From: Amoebidium appalachense
Lineage: Eukaryota > Protista > Ichthyosporea
Assembly (NCBI GenBank): GCA_963693365.1
Contig: CAVNZM010000002.1
Coordinates: forward strand, 4,046,259 to 4,110,258
Direction of reading: 5' to 3'
Length of the DNA: 64,000 bases
Shown one piece after another: positions 22,695-62,285 of this stretch. Every line of letters starts with the position of its first letter. The stretch's first letter is position 1. A program made the position numbers and the translations under genes. Below the pieces are notes generated by a model. That model saw only the letters and a list, made by a program, of their open reading frames with translations. It searched no databases and was not told where the DNA came from.

Positions 22695-23580
22695 GTAAGT
22701 TTAGTTTACCGTATTATAATGAATACCTACTATTACCTGTTATAAAATACATGCTTTCATAATGGCTTTCAAACCGTTGCCATGTCTCCGTATCTGTATC
22801 GATCATGGGCTGGGATACTTAACGTGTTTGGTGGCCCGGTACAAACCTGGTGTTGTACCACTAGAGGGCCATAGACATATCATAGAAAAGAATGATTGCA
22901 AAGTGACTGTATCTGCCTTAACCATACTCCTCTTTTTCTTCTGGTGAGAAAAAGCAAAGCCTGGAGCTCGAGAAAATTTAAAGTCGTTATGCTTAAGCCT
23001 TAATATTACGACCATGTGCCCCCCCCCCCCCCCCCCCCCCCTTGCCCTCACAGCATATGAAGTATCCACTAGTAAAATGACTTGCCCCATGAATCTCTGA
23101 AGATATGTTGCAAGTTGTTAGAGTTCAGTCGATTCTTGATACCAACAGCTCGACCATTTATTGTGCTTGGACCAGCCAAGCAAACGTTTGGAGGCTTTAA
23201 GGCTGCATTGATATAACTTCCCCCCCCTCCCCCCCCCCCCCCTCCCCCCTAACCCCCCCTCCCCCCCCCCCCCCCCCAAACACACACACACACCGGAAAT
23301 AAGCTAATGCACGAAGTTGTGGGAAGGGCAAAGAGGTTCCCTAAGAACGAAGAAAAAGCTAGCGAGAAACGAACTGCATAATTGCACACATTCGAACATC
23401 TACAAGTGACATGCAACTCAGTATGAAACTTGAAACATGTGGCACCTAACCTTTATCATAAAATGAGAGGCCTTACAAATTCGACTGAACTTTTTGCTGC
23501 TAATATGAGCTCCTTTCTACTGCAACATTCCCAAGGCTTGATGTTTGCCTATGATTGGTTATAGCCAACTTTAAAGTACA

Positions 23581-23714
23581 GCACTTATCTTAGCATTTCT
23601 CATTTATACTAAAATTCATTTCGACACGCACTCAGTTCACGGTAAAGCACGGCACTTATCTTAGCATTTCTCATTTATACTAATATTCATTTCGACACGC
23701 ACTCAGTTCACGGT
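23581..23714. repeat. 63-bp tandem duplication covering the stop codon and proximal 3'UTR of the orphan gene
   Basis: gcacttatcttagc...ctcagttcacggt at 23581-23643 and 23652-23714, one mismatch. Confidence 0.95.
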
Positions 23715-23891
23715 TGTCTCATATACACCCGGTACCACACACTTTTTCGCGTAAGTTTTTAGGCTGACCCCCTTGGTACCGTTCAGCACCTTCTGACGCA
23801 CATCTGCATCCCCGCACGTCGTGCCGCTGCCTGTGTCGGCATCAAACCAGTGCACGGCAAGCATGAATCTGTGAGGGGTGGAGGCGGCGGG

Positions 23892-23956
<65 letters not shown>

Positions 23957-24320
23957 GGGGAGGGGGCAGAGGGGTTGTCAGCGGCGGTGGGGGAGGGGAG
24001 GGGGAGGGGGGGGGGGAGCATGTTAGGGTTTAAGATTCTTTGAGGAAGAAGAGATGCCGTGATGTGGAAAAAGAGGAACAAAGCTGACGTGGGAAATGTC
24101 GGTGTGGTGGTTGTGGTGATGTTGAGATAGGAGATGGACTGTGGATGTGTGCACTGCGTGTGCATGTAGCATGTAGCATGTGGCATGTGTGTGTGTGGTG
24201 TGTGTCTGTGTGTGCATGTAGCATGTAGCATGTGGCATGTGTGTGTGTGGTGTGTGTGTGTATGTGTGTGTGTGTGTGTATGTGTGTGTGTATGTGTGCG
24301 TGCGTGCGCGCAAACACATA

Positions 24321-24374
<54 letters not shown>

Positions 24375-25344
24375 TGTGTGTTTTTGCGTGTGCATATTTT
24401 TCGTGTGCGTGTTTGTGTGTGTGTGCATGTGCGCCTATTTGCATTTGTCTGCGTACTTGTGCTTTTGTGTGTGTGTGCTTGCGCTTTCTTGTTGTACTGT
24501 GTGTGTATGAGAGTCTGTGGGCGCAAGTGGGTGTATATGTGTGTTGTTTCATAATTATGTTATGTTTCCCCACACCCATACCCGCTGTAAGTGTCGAAGA
24601 ATGATGTAGCAGCCACCAGACCCTGGTCGTGGTCATATGCGCCCCCAAAGGAATAGTCCTGCCGCCCATCCACTAGCTGTGACTGCGCCTCGGGTAGCTG
24701 CTCACACGCCGCAAGCGCTGGGGGGGGGGGGGGGGGGGGGGGGGGGGGTAATTTAGCCAGCTACTTGCATTGAACATTAGAGAATATGGAGAAGACGCTG
24801 GGGTTTTTATGAAGTCAGCCAGGGTAATCTTGGGAGGAGAGTGGGGAAGGGTGGTGGAGGGGTGGGAGCGAGGAAGGGGGGGAGATGAGAAAAAAAGTAG
24901 GCAAAAGCGGTAAGCATATTTGGATGAGCGAGGGGAGGATAGGGTGGGGGGAGGGGTGGGGGGGGGGTGGGGGGGGGGGGGGGGGGGGGTGATGCTAGTT
25001 TTGAGACTTACAATAGAGGGGGTATCTATAGTTGATCCACAGGCGGCCGGGGAGCTCCGACGTATTAAGGGTGTAATTTTCGCCAATGGGCAGCATGAAC
25101 TCGTAAGGTTCCAACTGGGCAATGTCAAAGTCATATCGTGCCGTAATGTTTGAGTCCACAGCAGCAAACACGGTGGCTACCAAAAGGTTTGTGGGGGCAC
25201 CTGCCGCCTTTTTGGTGTTGGGCGTGATGGTGGTGGTCTCTCGTTTTTGAGTCAGCGGGTTGTACACCGTAAGCTTGAGGGACTGTGTGAGGAATACAAT
25301 TTGTTTGTATGAGTGAGTGCGCGTGTGGATAGGCCTGAAGGACT

Positions 25345-25376
<32 letters not shown>

Positions 25377-25608
25377 CTCCCCCCCCCCCCGGACACCCTT
25401 TCCCCTACCACTGACGGGCTTTCCACACAACCCCTGACGGGCTTTCCACAAAGAACAAACAAACAAAAATAAGTCAGCGGAAAAGTACAAAAACTAGCGA
25501 ATTCTCCACTGCACCACCCCGTATCAGGCCTCTTGTCTTTCCTCAACCGATGCGCCATCCCCAAGAATAGTTGATAGCTAGTGTGTACATGCAAATCTAG
25601 TAGTTGTC

Positions 25609-25666
<58 letters not shown>

Positions 25667-25961
25667 TGATTCAATAATGTGCGGGAATGTTGGGGCGATA
25701 ACTTTATTGCTTTAACCCGCCTACGATGACTCGCAAGTACTATCCTTGCAGAAAGCCACACAGGTTTGTTACTCACAGTAGACATAACCAAAAAGAAAAA
25801 AAAGCATAACACGCCAGTGTGCAACTTCGACGGATTTCGCTCACCTTGATTGTTGCCGAGTGGGTGACTTTGCACATGTCGAGAGGCACACCGGAAGCAC
25901 TGACCAGCGTCGAAGACAAGGCCACGGCTGCACACGCCGCAAAAAGCGAAAAGCAAACCAT
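23703..25961 (-). CDS. Hypothetical secreted protein, ~229 aa, 4 exons
   Basis: Exons 25961-25845, 25282-25012, 24717-24582, 23868-23703 join through GT-AG introns into one open frame (690 nt). Signal-peptide-like start [22 protein letters not shown]; NIT/NYT/NTS/NGT sequons; no family recognised. Confidence 0.75.
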
Positions 25962-26925
25962 TTTTCAGAGGGCAAAAAAGGAAAAATACGGCTAAATGAG
26001 AAAGTTGCGAAGTACAAGCTGGCGAAATTGCCTGTTGTTCCTAAGTATGTGGTGCAGTCGAAGGCTTGTTTGTGCCTTCGGAAATTGCAGAAGCTAAAGG
26101 AAGCCACAAGACGACCAAAGAATCCACTTTGTATCAGTACGACGTCTGATGTGGTGGCTAGAAAAGATTAGGTGAACAATATGAGACAAACTAGGTGTGA
26201 GCCAAGGTCGAGGTCTTCGGGTCGCGAGTAAGTCAGATGTAGACAAATCTCAGACTTATGAGCTATGATGAGGGAAGCGAGAACATTTATAAACAACCGT
26301 ATCAAGGTTTAGAGGATGGTAAATGCCCTACCGAAGCAATTTGCCCCGACAGCAGACCTCGCATGGACACAAAATGATAGCAATTTGTAGAGTAAGGAAA
26401 ATTAATACATGCAGAGTTAGATATGAGTTTTTGACCAGTTTTTATATATTGAAGGCAAAAGACTAGCTTTGACTTAGGGTATTTCAGTATTTTCACACTG
26501 TACCAGCCTTTCTCGGGGACCGGCTGTGCGAGCAGCTCCTGTGCTCGTGAACCGTGATGCACAGGATTTGCACCTCTCCGTGTCATAATTCAATCCGATG
26601 ATTGAACAACTTTGTAATCCATATTTGGAATAATGTAGAATTTACTTTTACCATATTTAGCTACCATGAAAATTCAATGATTGGTGTTTATTTATGTTCT
26701 TTACGCTGATTGGCGGTCCATGAGCCTCAACTTTCAAACTATTGGACTCCTCCATGACCAACAAAAAAAGAAGACTAAAAAGCAAGAGGTGGAAAACAAA
26801 ACAAACAACCAACAGCAGCAACAAAATATAATACTCGAATGTGCAGGGAAACATAGATCAAAGCAATTTCTTTTGTAAGAATAATGTTTGTCCTAGAATT
26901 CTTTGAATTGTGTGCTCGCGCGTAC

Positions 26926-27050
26926 GTATGGGGGGTTTTTGCTCGGAATATCCCCTCAGCCGTATATCATGATCACGTACATAGATGTCGGGTGATGATT
27001 ATATTTCAGGGTTTACTTTCTCTACGAGGCACCATAAAGACTAGAAAAAC
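26926..27050 (-). mobile_element. Distal 3' tail of LINE-A copy 3, split off by the LINE-B insertion
   Basis: gtatggggggtttttgctcgg...cataaagactagaaaaac matches ~18454-18580 and ~30500-30630. Confidence 0.9.
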
Positions 27051-28098
27051 TTTTCTTTTGACTGGATTTATTCGACGGAAAGATATGCAAGTATGCACGG
27101 CATACTGAGAAGACAATAAAAACTTCACGAGTTATCCAGTAACAAGTGCATACTGAGATACCTGAACACTGTGTGAAAATCATATAAATACTCAATGTGA
27201 CGACCAACAGAATTCAACAAAAAGCCTCTAAAGTGGTCACATTGCCAGCCAGTGTAGCAGACACCCGTAGGGAAAGAGGTAAAACGCGACATAAAAACTC
27301 ACACCTATCAACATACTTGCGATTAAAAAGTTCAGCACAAAAGTGGCACCAGCGGCGATGAAAACAAAAATTACAACGCCACTGCACAACTTCCCAGGCA
27401 ATATCAACATCAGAGCACCATACAGACTTATCTACTAGGGTGGTATCCATACGTACAGCAGGAGAAATATATCCTGCCAAAGCTCCCAAAAAGCGATAAT
27501 GATCAGTACGGTGTTGCCTAATAGTGGAACATAACTTATGCCGACTGAGTTTTACCTTTGATTTCTCTATCAGAACGAGAAAGAAACTTATACTGCGTAT
27601 GGTAATAACGCGAAAAGGCAGAAAAAACAGGAAGAGAAAAGAAAGAGGGAGTGAGATAGCGAGAGGAAGAATCAGGTTGAAAGAGGGTAGGCTGAGGACA
27701 TCCAGAAGTAGCGTTGGTGAATCGGGGGGGAAGAGGGATGGAGGGAGGGGGGGGAAAGAAAGCATAAAGAGGGTGACCATCAGGTATCCTAACTAAATGA
27801 AAACAAAAACGAAGAGACAATTCCTCCATACGACAAACAGCAGACGACAATCCAAACATAATGATTAAGGGAGGCATAAACCGAGTACTGAAACAAAGTG
27901 CGCAGCGCAGTACCCTGAAAATCGTCGAACTCTTTCAGCGCCACGGCCGCCTCGCGAGGTGGGGCGCAGGCCAAGAGCGGAAGTCCATATTCGAAAGTCG
28001 GCCGTAAAAAAATTCATAGTAGAGAAGAAGGTTCGCAGGATGGATCACAGACTCCCGTTGAAACATATTTGACACGATGTGAAGCTTACCCTTCGAAA
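27051..28098 (-). mobile_element. 5'-truncated LINE of a second family (B), inserted in the LINE-A tail
   Basis: RT-thumb FLRPTFEYGLPLL (~27970-28010); C-terminal QWRCN..C..C..FNRKYVDRC; AATAAA at 27072-27067 then CAAAAGAAAA. Flanked by the 8-bp direct repeat agaaaaac (27043-27050 / 28099-28106), where uninterrupted copies carry the corresponding sequence once. Confidence 0.85.
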
Positions 28099-28124
28099 AG
28101 AAAAACCAATTAGTTGGGTTCCCC

Positions 28125-28164
<40 letters not shown>

Positions 28165-28213
28165 TTTTTTTTTGTTTTTTTCGGGCTCCCCTTGGACACT
28201 CGGTATCAGCTGG

Positions 28214-28260
<47 letters not shown>

Positions 28261-28918
28261 TGTGTGTGCTAGAATTTTGTAATGATGTGTTTCTCAAGCC
28301 AATCAATACATCTAATAAACAGGTCATAGTTACGCGTTTTTAGTATAAAATCAAGGATGTTTTAATTTTCAGGTAGGCTATCTTTCTGGGTGTCTGTTGT
28401 GAATGTGTCGTGTGTGTGTTGCGGTATTATGTGGTCTATCAAACTACATTTGGCGATACATGACCGTTTAAACTGGTGTGTGTATGTGTTGTTTGGGCAT
28501 GCAAACGATGCCACCTTATACTCATTAGATCTCCACTGTATAGCACGTGTACAGTAAAAGCGTGGTATGTGATCAATAATACCATCATCATGGCAGCTAG
28601 AGAAAGACCAATTCTACAGGAAGTTAATATGTATTTAGGTGTTACACATTTGCGAGTGCCATATTTGGCAATATGGTTAAGGCGGTTATTATATATAAAG
28701 CGAGACATGAGGCTTAGTTTTTCAAGGTGTATGCTTTCATCGGGTCTAGTGTCGTGTGGTACCTTTTTCCAATTGTATTTGCGTATTTATTTTGTGATTA
28801 TGTACATGTCTAATAAGTAAGTGGCAGTCCAAAGTCACACGCACACTTTTCAAGGTTTATTTGTATTTGTGCCCGGAAAAAAAGAAGAGAGAGAGGGAAG
28901 GAAAGAGGGGAGAGGTGG
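28099..28918 (-). mobile_element. LINE family A, copy 3 (5'-truncated 3' fragment)
   Basis: High nucleotide identity to about 18580-19440, with small indels. Confidence 0.95.
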
Positions 28919-28939
28919 TACCTATGTACACCTGTTTAA

Positions 28940-29128
28940 AATTTCTTTGGGATCATTGCACTTTATTGGCCACTCCCTCCGGCCAATCCGGAAACACAAC
29001 ATGTGCCCCATATTAATGATACTATGTCATCATAATACAGATGGGTTCCACCCCTCATTGATGGTACCTAGTACACGGCCACGGCCGCTAAAGCCACACA
29101 CCTTACAGACACAGTATCTAAGACAGCT

Positions 29129-29164
<36 letters not shown>

Positions 29165-29406
29165 AAGAGTGAAAGAAAGGAAGGAAGAAAGAAAAGGAGC
29201 TAATAAACCAGGTTGGGAGGGTGGTTGTATTACGTGTGTGACGTGAGCGCGCAGGTATTGAAAACAAAGTTGGGCAGTGAGAAAATCACCCGTGTTAAGA
29301 AGGAAGTGTAAATATGGTAAAGTGTTATGCAGGGGGACGAGAAGTGGATAGGTGGGTGAGGAGTGTGGAAGAAAAGGAGGCCTGGGTGGCTAACGGAACA
29401 AAGGGG
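28940..29406 (-). mobile_element. LINE family C, directly oriented 3' end (extreme C-terminus + 3'UTR)
   Basis: Minus translation HFTI/LHFLLNTGDFLTAQLCFQYLRAHV parallels the family-A end YNILDFIL.TRNYDLFIRCIDWLEKHI. The 3'UTR has an attggcc/ggccaat hairpin, AATAAA (28967-28962) and CAAAGAAA. Confidence 0.65.
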
Positions 29407-30097
29407 TTTCCTCCCGTGTTTCCAAAGCCAAAAAAAGCCTAAATTGGTATAGAATCAACCACCTGTCTGTCATAGGAGTCACCCATCCCTCTAATCGACT
29501 TAAGCTCTTCAAAGTTTTTGTTCGCCCGTTATGTGAATATGGTGGCCCCTTTTAGCCTTAGCCCTGCCGTCGTATATCAGGAAGCCCTTAAACCTTTAGT
29601 TTCTTTTCAATATATAGAGGTTAATAAGTTTTTAGTTGGTATGGTACCTCCTTCCCCCATCGGTTATTTGATTGCATCTTGCACTTCGCTTTTACTTTCA
29701 CAGCGAACGCCTACAGCACAGTGCACCCAATCACCGTCCCACTGTTCCGTCACCACTTCTCACTCCCCCGCCCCCCTGACCTCCACCTTTTCCCCAATCC
29801 CTCCGAAATCTCTCTGCTTCGTGCCTTTAAGACTTACTGCACTACACTCCCACCCCATCCCAACCTTCACGACACTCCCCTCCTACACACACGCATGGAC
29901 CGGTTTTTACACGCACAACACAAAACACACATCTCCACCACATTTAACGCAAGCACCCGCATACACAAACCGTTAGTGCAGTATGTTTGCTCCACAGGCC
30001 GTGAAAAACGGTCTCTAGCTGATAGTATCGGTTTCCCTAGTGGTTTACTAGCACAGTGGTCTCTTCAATGGCGTGGTAATCGGTTCCTGCACACAAG
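29407..30097 (+). mobile_element. LINE family C, inverted upstream segment (RT thumb to QWR motif)
   Basis: Plus-strand RVSKAKKSL..HPSNRLKLFKVFVRPLCEYGGP, ALKPLVSFQYIEVNKFL, SLADSIG..LQWRGNRF; collinear with family A (HPSIRL..PACEYGLP, ALKPLANFLEAEVASFL, SLADG..IQWRSN). Confidence 0.85.
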
Positions 30098-30200
30098 AGT
30101 AACGGGAGGCAATATTCGAAACATGGTTGAAATTTCGTCCTCGTGATCATGATCCTGTGCTCGCGCAGACGTGTAGCAGAACTTTCGAAAGAGCCGAACG
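30095..30200 (-). mobile_element. Small remnant of a further LINE (family D), RT thumb only
   Basis: HRIMITRTKFQPCFEYCLPLL resembles family A IRLTFIRTFVFPACEYGLPLL. The match is short. Confidence 0.5.
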
Positions 30201-30445
30201 TACGTGTGTCATGTACCTGCACACGCACACACGCACACACACGTACACCGACACAGTAGCATAGCTTGGCCAGAAGATGCGCATCATGATGGTGCTATTA
30301 TCATGAATAAATCCACAGTGCACATGATCCTCTGGCTATTAAATACATATATATACTGCCGATTCTGAATCACGAACATGCCTCCCGTCACGTGGCACTT
30401 CAATTGAACAAAGTATTTATCACAGCACACGTGGCAAGTGTACAT

Positions 30446-30767
30446 AGATGTTGGGGGGGTTTACGCTGTTTACTCGAGGCAAAGAGGGACCAGTCTCAGG
30501 TATGGGGGGTTTTTGCTCGGAATATCCGGATCCCCTCAGCGGTATATCATGATCACGTACATAGATGTCGGGTGATGATTATATATCAGGGTTTACTTTC
30601 TCTACGAGGCACCATAAAGACTAAGAAAAATCAATTAGTCGGGTTCCCCGTTTATTTTTTCTTATTCTTTTATATTTTTATTCTTTTTTTTTTTTTACGG
30701 GCTCCCCTGGGACACTCGGTATCAGCTGGTGTGTGTGTGTGTGTGCTAGAATTTTGTAATGATGTGT
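30446..30767 (-). mobile_element. LINE family A, copy 4: essentially the 3' tail only (~320 bp)
   Basis: Matches 18409-18817. Candidate TSD gtgtacat at 30438-30445 / 30764-30771, partly overlapping element-like sequence. Confidence 0.9.
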
Positions 30768-30775
30768 ACATGTAG

Positions 30776-30833
<58 letters not shown>

Positions 30834-31480
30834 CACACACATGTACACATGCGCAGCCTTACACACACACCGTAACACAGTGTGGCACACCAGGTCCAAC
30901 ACGTGGCCACACCCACCCACCCACTTGGATCCAAACACACACGTACACGTAATTTATATACGCATATTTGTGTACACACCGGTCAGTGTTCAACACACAG
31001 TGTCACACACACACACACACACATGCACACACACACACACACTCCAAACACATGCTCACTTACACACAGAAACAAGTGCATCATTCCTTGGGCATGCGAA
31101 AGTATTACACTCAGTCACACATGATTAATGAGGCAGCCCACACTGTCCCCACGAATATTCACCCGGCCCGGGATGGGTCAACATGTCAACTGACCCGTCA
31201 GCCACCTCATGAAAACACAGAGCACAGAGGCTGAGCCTCGTCCTTGTATGATCTTTTTTATTTGCTTTATTTTCCATTTTCTTGCTGAATAACTGATCAT
31301 TATTATGGCCACAAAGTTATTTATATACTGCTGTCCTCTCCTGCCCCTGGCCGACACCAGCACTTTTATGTTACTGCTTGCTCGGTCTTAATGCCTGCAC
31401 GAAATACAAAGTCAGAAAAATTGACTTGGTTCATTTCGATACTCTCTCAGACCCCCCCCCCCCCCCCCCCCCCCCCCAAA

Positions 31481-31592
31481 ATGACGCATACTGTGCGCAT
31501 TGCTGATGTTGCGTACTTGAATGTTTGCCTTTGCATGTGTCCTGCACCATGCTTCTCATCGTGTATGTGTACTTCGCACTATGTTCCGCATT
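31481..31592 (+). repeat. Structured dispersed element, 3'-half copy
   Basis: About 94% identical (7 mismatches in ~112 nt by eye) to 46734-46845, and followed by a C-run as in the other copies. Confidence 0.9.
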
Positions 31593-31869
31593 TAGCCCCC
31601 CCCCCCCCCCCCCTCCCCCCCCAAAAAACCCTTCGGTGCCCGTCAAGAAGAAACACACACACACACATGAACAAGCACACTCAAACATTTTTGCGAGTAT
31701 GCTATGCAAGCGATTGCGTGTGTGTGTGGGTGGGTGGAGGAAGTATGTGTGTGTGTGTGTGTGTGTGTTCAGGGGGGGGGGGAGGGGGGAGAGGGGGGGG
31801 GGGGGGGGGGGGGCTCTTCTCCCTTTTAAGAGGAAAAAGACATACCTCAAAATGTACCTTCGTTGGTGT

Positions 31870-40353
<8,484 letters not shown>

Positions 40354-41132
40354 TCTCGCGTTTTCTAAGCCCAGCGGGGCAACAAAACAGCCAGGAGTAG
40401 GATTATATAAGCCCTTTCGCTAAGGGCACTAAAAGGGTTCAAAACTAAGATCCCTACTCTGCTAACCCCTCTCCCTAAGAAAAGAAGTTGAAAAAAACGA
40501 AACAAGGAAGATGCAAAGGTTCAAAGCGACAAAAAAAAAAATGGAGGAGGATCTTGAGCGACGATCCTGGGTGAGCTATTTTTGTACCATACGCAATATA
40601 AGATAGTTTTAAGCGAACTAATGGCTAAACTTTTATACACTATATATAAATAGAATGTGAAAAAAGTTTTTAAATCTGTGGGCCGGTTTAATGAAAGATA
40701 ATCTTATGAATGGACAGATCCCAATTCATGAGCCACTCAGCCGGGAGCAAGAGAAGTAAAAAGAGAGCTGAACTGAGACAAGAAAGGAGAAGGCAAACAA
40801 TGTAAACAATCCTGCTTTAGCTCTACATCGCCTCTTACTAGGTAGCATTGACTTTTTTCCATGCTTTCTTGACGTGAATTTGGAGCAGCATAGTTATTGC
40901 TTCGAACTAAATAGAACTGATCTTAGAGACCTGTCCAACTTGTGACAGCAACTCAAGTCGCACAAACATACCACACTAGCAGTCGCATCTGACACCCTTC
41001 TGATAACATCATTCAACACATCACTTTTAGGTAAACTTCATATTGTGGAGCCAGCCGAGCCACACGAAAGGATTACAAGGGTATTCACGTTGGTCGATTC
41101 AGCTGTCAGTTAACTGTCACCAACACTCCAAC
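40354..41132. promoter_or_regulatory. Probable bidirectional promoter region between ARP3 and CD2BP2
   Basis: 779 bp between divergent ATGs; free of the microsatellites that fill the introns; AT-rich core with tatatataaa at ~40641-40650. Inferred from gene geometry. Confidence 0.6.
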
Positions 41133-49128
<7,996 letters not shown>

Positions 49129-50482
49129 TGTATTTGAATATTTTATGTTGGTACATCTAAAGGAAAGAAAACGGATAATATGGTTTTTTTCACAAGTGTG
49201 CTTTATCGACTTCGTTTGTTTACTTGATAAAATATCAAACATATATCTCATGTTGGTATATTAGGGGTGGAAAACAAGAAAAGGAAATTATCTGCGTGAT
49301 AAGGCGAAGATAGAATGATAGTGGTGGCAATTTCATTATGTCGCCTTTTGCCAGGGCTCGTAATTATGAGAGCTTTGCCATCCATTGTCATGTCTTTTCG
49401 GACGCGATCTTCAAAAAACAAGGTGCTTTGTATTGGTTAAAAGGATGCATACACCTGGCAACAGGCCTCTATATTTGTTTGTTTGTATTTGTTAATGTAT
49501 TCATTTTTTTTGTTGTTGTTTGCGCGTGGGGCGGGGGGGGGCGCTCTTAGTAATAGGGACACAGGAGAACCGAAAATGCCAAGGAATTCACGTGGGCCAT
49601 ACGAACAATCGAATCAATAACTACTGCTTTATCCCGTATTTCGTATGCACAAAGCAAACACTGCACTTACCCTCAGTCAATAAAATCGACATTTTGCTCA
49701 GGGTGACCGTCCTGAACAATTATGCAAACGGAATGTACTTCAACCCATGTTCATGCAAATAAGCATACTGCGCACATCCCTTCCCAGCCAGCGGCAACGT
49801 TAACCTAGACCTCACGCTGGTCGCCCCAACCGTTGCACGTGGCCAATAGGCCACCCAAAGCCTGCCGTCGCGATCGGGTACCCCGGCCCAGCAGCGTTAA
49901 CCCATCCCGGGCAAGCGCCAAGTGTACCGTATGATGGGTAGGGCTACTATTTATAATGACCGACCGCTCCTGCGCCGTCGAGCTCCAATCTGTCGTCGAC
50001 ACGTGCACCACATGCATGCATGGTTGCCGTGGACGCTAGAGATGTGTAAATCAGTCCCATATGTACGATGTGCATCCCGTCCATGGACATGTGTGCACGA
50101 GCCGTGTAGGTGTGTATGCGGGTATGATAACAACATGGCCTGGCTGGCCGGGTGGGTGCAAATATTTAATGTGCACGTGAGGGAGCGAGGGGGAAACGAT
50201 CGAGGAGGAGCAGCTCGGAGGAGGAGGAGGAGGAGGAGGAGGAGGAGGATGGGGGGAGGGGGGGGGGGGAGGGGGGGGGCATACAGTGTGATTGCTGTAA
50301 TTTTATCCACGTACGCACCTTTCCTTCCCACGGTATACCTGTCAAAACGGCTTCTTGTATGTGCACAAGGATTAGTTTAATTGCTTTTGCCTCTCTTCTA
50401 ATATCTTCGAGTATTCTTTTCTTCCTATTTTTATTTTTATCTTTATTTCAAAGTTCTTATTTATTTGTTTATTTATTTTTTT

Positions 50483-50522
<40 letters not shown>

Positions 50523-50800
50523 GGGGGGTTGAGATAGTGGTTCAAGGTTCGGCCAATATGCACCTGATATGGATGTTTTCGTATCCTTCATCGATACACA
50601 TTTTATTTGGCAATTTGCACTACAATATCTCATTCGTATCCATTGAAACTTACAGAGAGTAACAATAAACATCTGGCCACGATCTCACTACCTGCATATC
50701 AACCTGTCCTTTTACTCCGTCAGAGCAAAAACTCCGTCCAAAAACACGACAAACTTAGAGGTCTCCTTCAAAGAAGTGACCAAGGGCAGGGGCAAAACGA

Positions 50801-50836
<36 letters not shown>

Positions 50837-50919
50837 CGCATTCTCGTTTTTACCAAACATGCGCAAGCGACCATTATTTTTGGAATTACATTCCATCACA
50901 CATCTCGAGAGGGGAAAAG

Positions 50920-50955
<36 letters not shown>

Positions 50956-51635
50956 GACTTTACGACTTGAAGCCAAGCATACTCGAACAAATACCTACAC
51001 GTAACTGAGATATGCATTTTCGATAGGGAAACTGCTGACGATGAGCTATCAAGAGACTATCTCAACGACGTATGATCATCATCGTTAACGGATATGTGCA
51101 TATCCACACGGTATATCTATGGTGTATCTAAATTGGGGGTGCTAACACCTGCAGCTGACAGCAGGCAAATCTATCATTCTCAACTAAAGGAAAAATCCTG
51201 TTCGCGCATGCACACACTATGTGTATTTGCTTATGTGTCAGTGTGGGTTTTGTGAGCTGTTTGTGTCGGTGTGTGTTTGTGTGTGTATGTACGCGTGGGC
51301 GCTTGTGTAGTCAGGTCTCGGTGTTTTTGTGAATGTTTGTGTGTACGTGCGTCTGTATGTGTGTGTTTGTGTGTCTAACTGTACACTAATTGTAGGCATG
51401 CATGTATGGCAATATGCCGCTTATGGTAGTCCACAGTCACAGGGCAAAATACACCAGACTAAAAAGAGGAAAGACAAAAAATAAACGAAGAATTTTTTGT
51501 GGTTGCGGGTTATTCAGGCTTATTCAGGCCATTGCCTTCTGCTGTGAGCCACACGCATTGACCATTGGCCCGAAATAGGTGCTGGCTGAGCTGGCCTCCC
51601 ATGTCACATGATCTGCCACCAATCAAACACAACCG

Positions 51636-62285
<10,650 letters not shown>

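Noticed and set aside
27232-27258. Plus-strand GHIASQC, resembling a gag zinc knuckle
   Set aside because: It lacks the upstream CX2C and follows a stop codon; it is the antisense of the LINE-B C-terminus.
49741-49775. caacccatgttca ... gcatactgcgca, resembling two parts of the structured element
   Set aside because: Two short matches with the whole core missing; could be chance.
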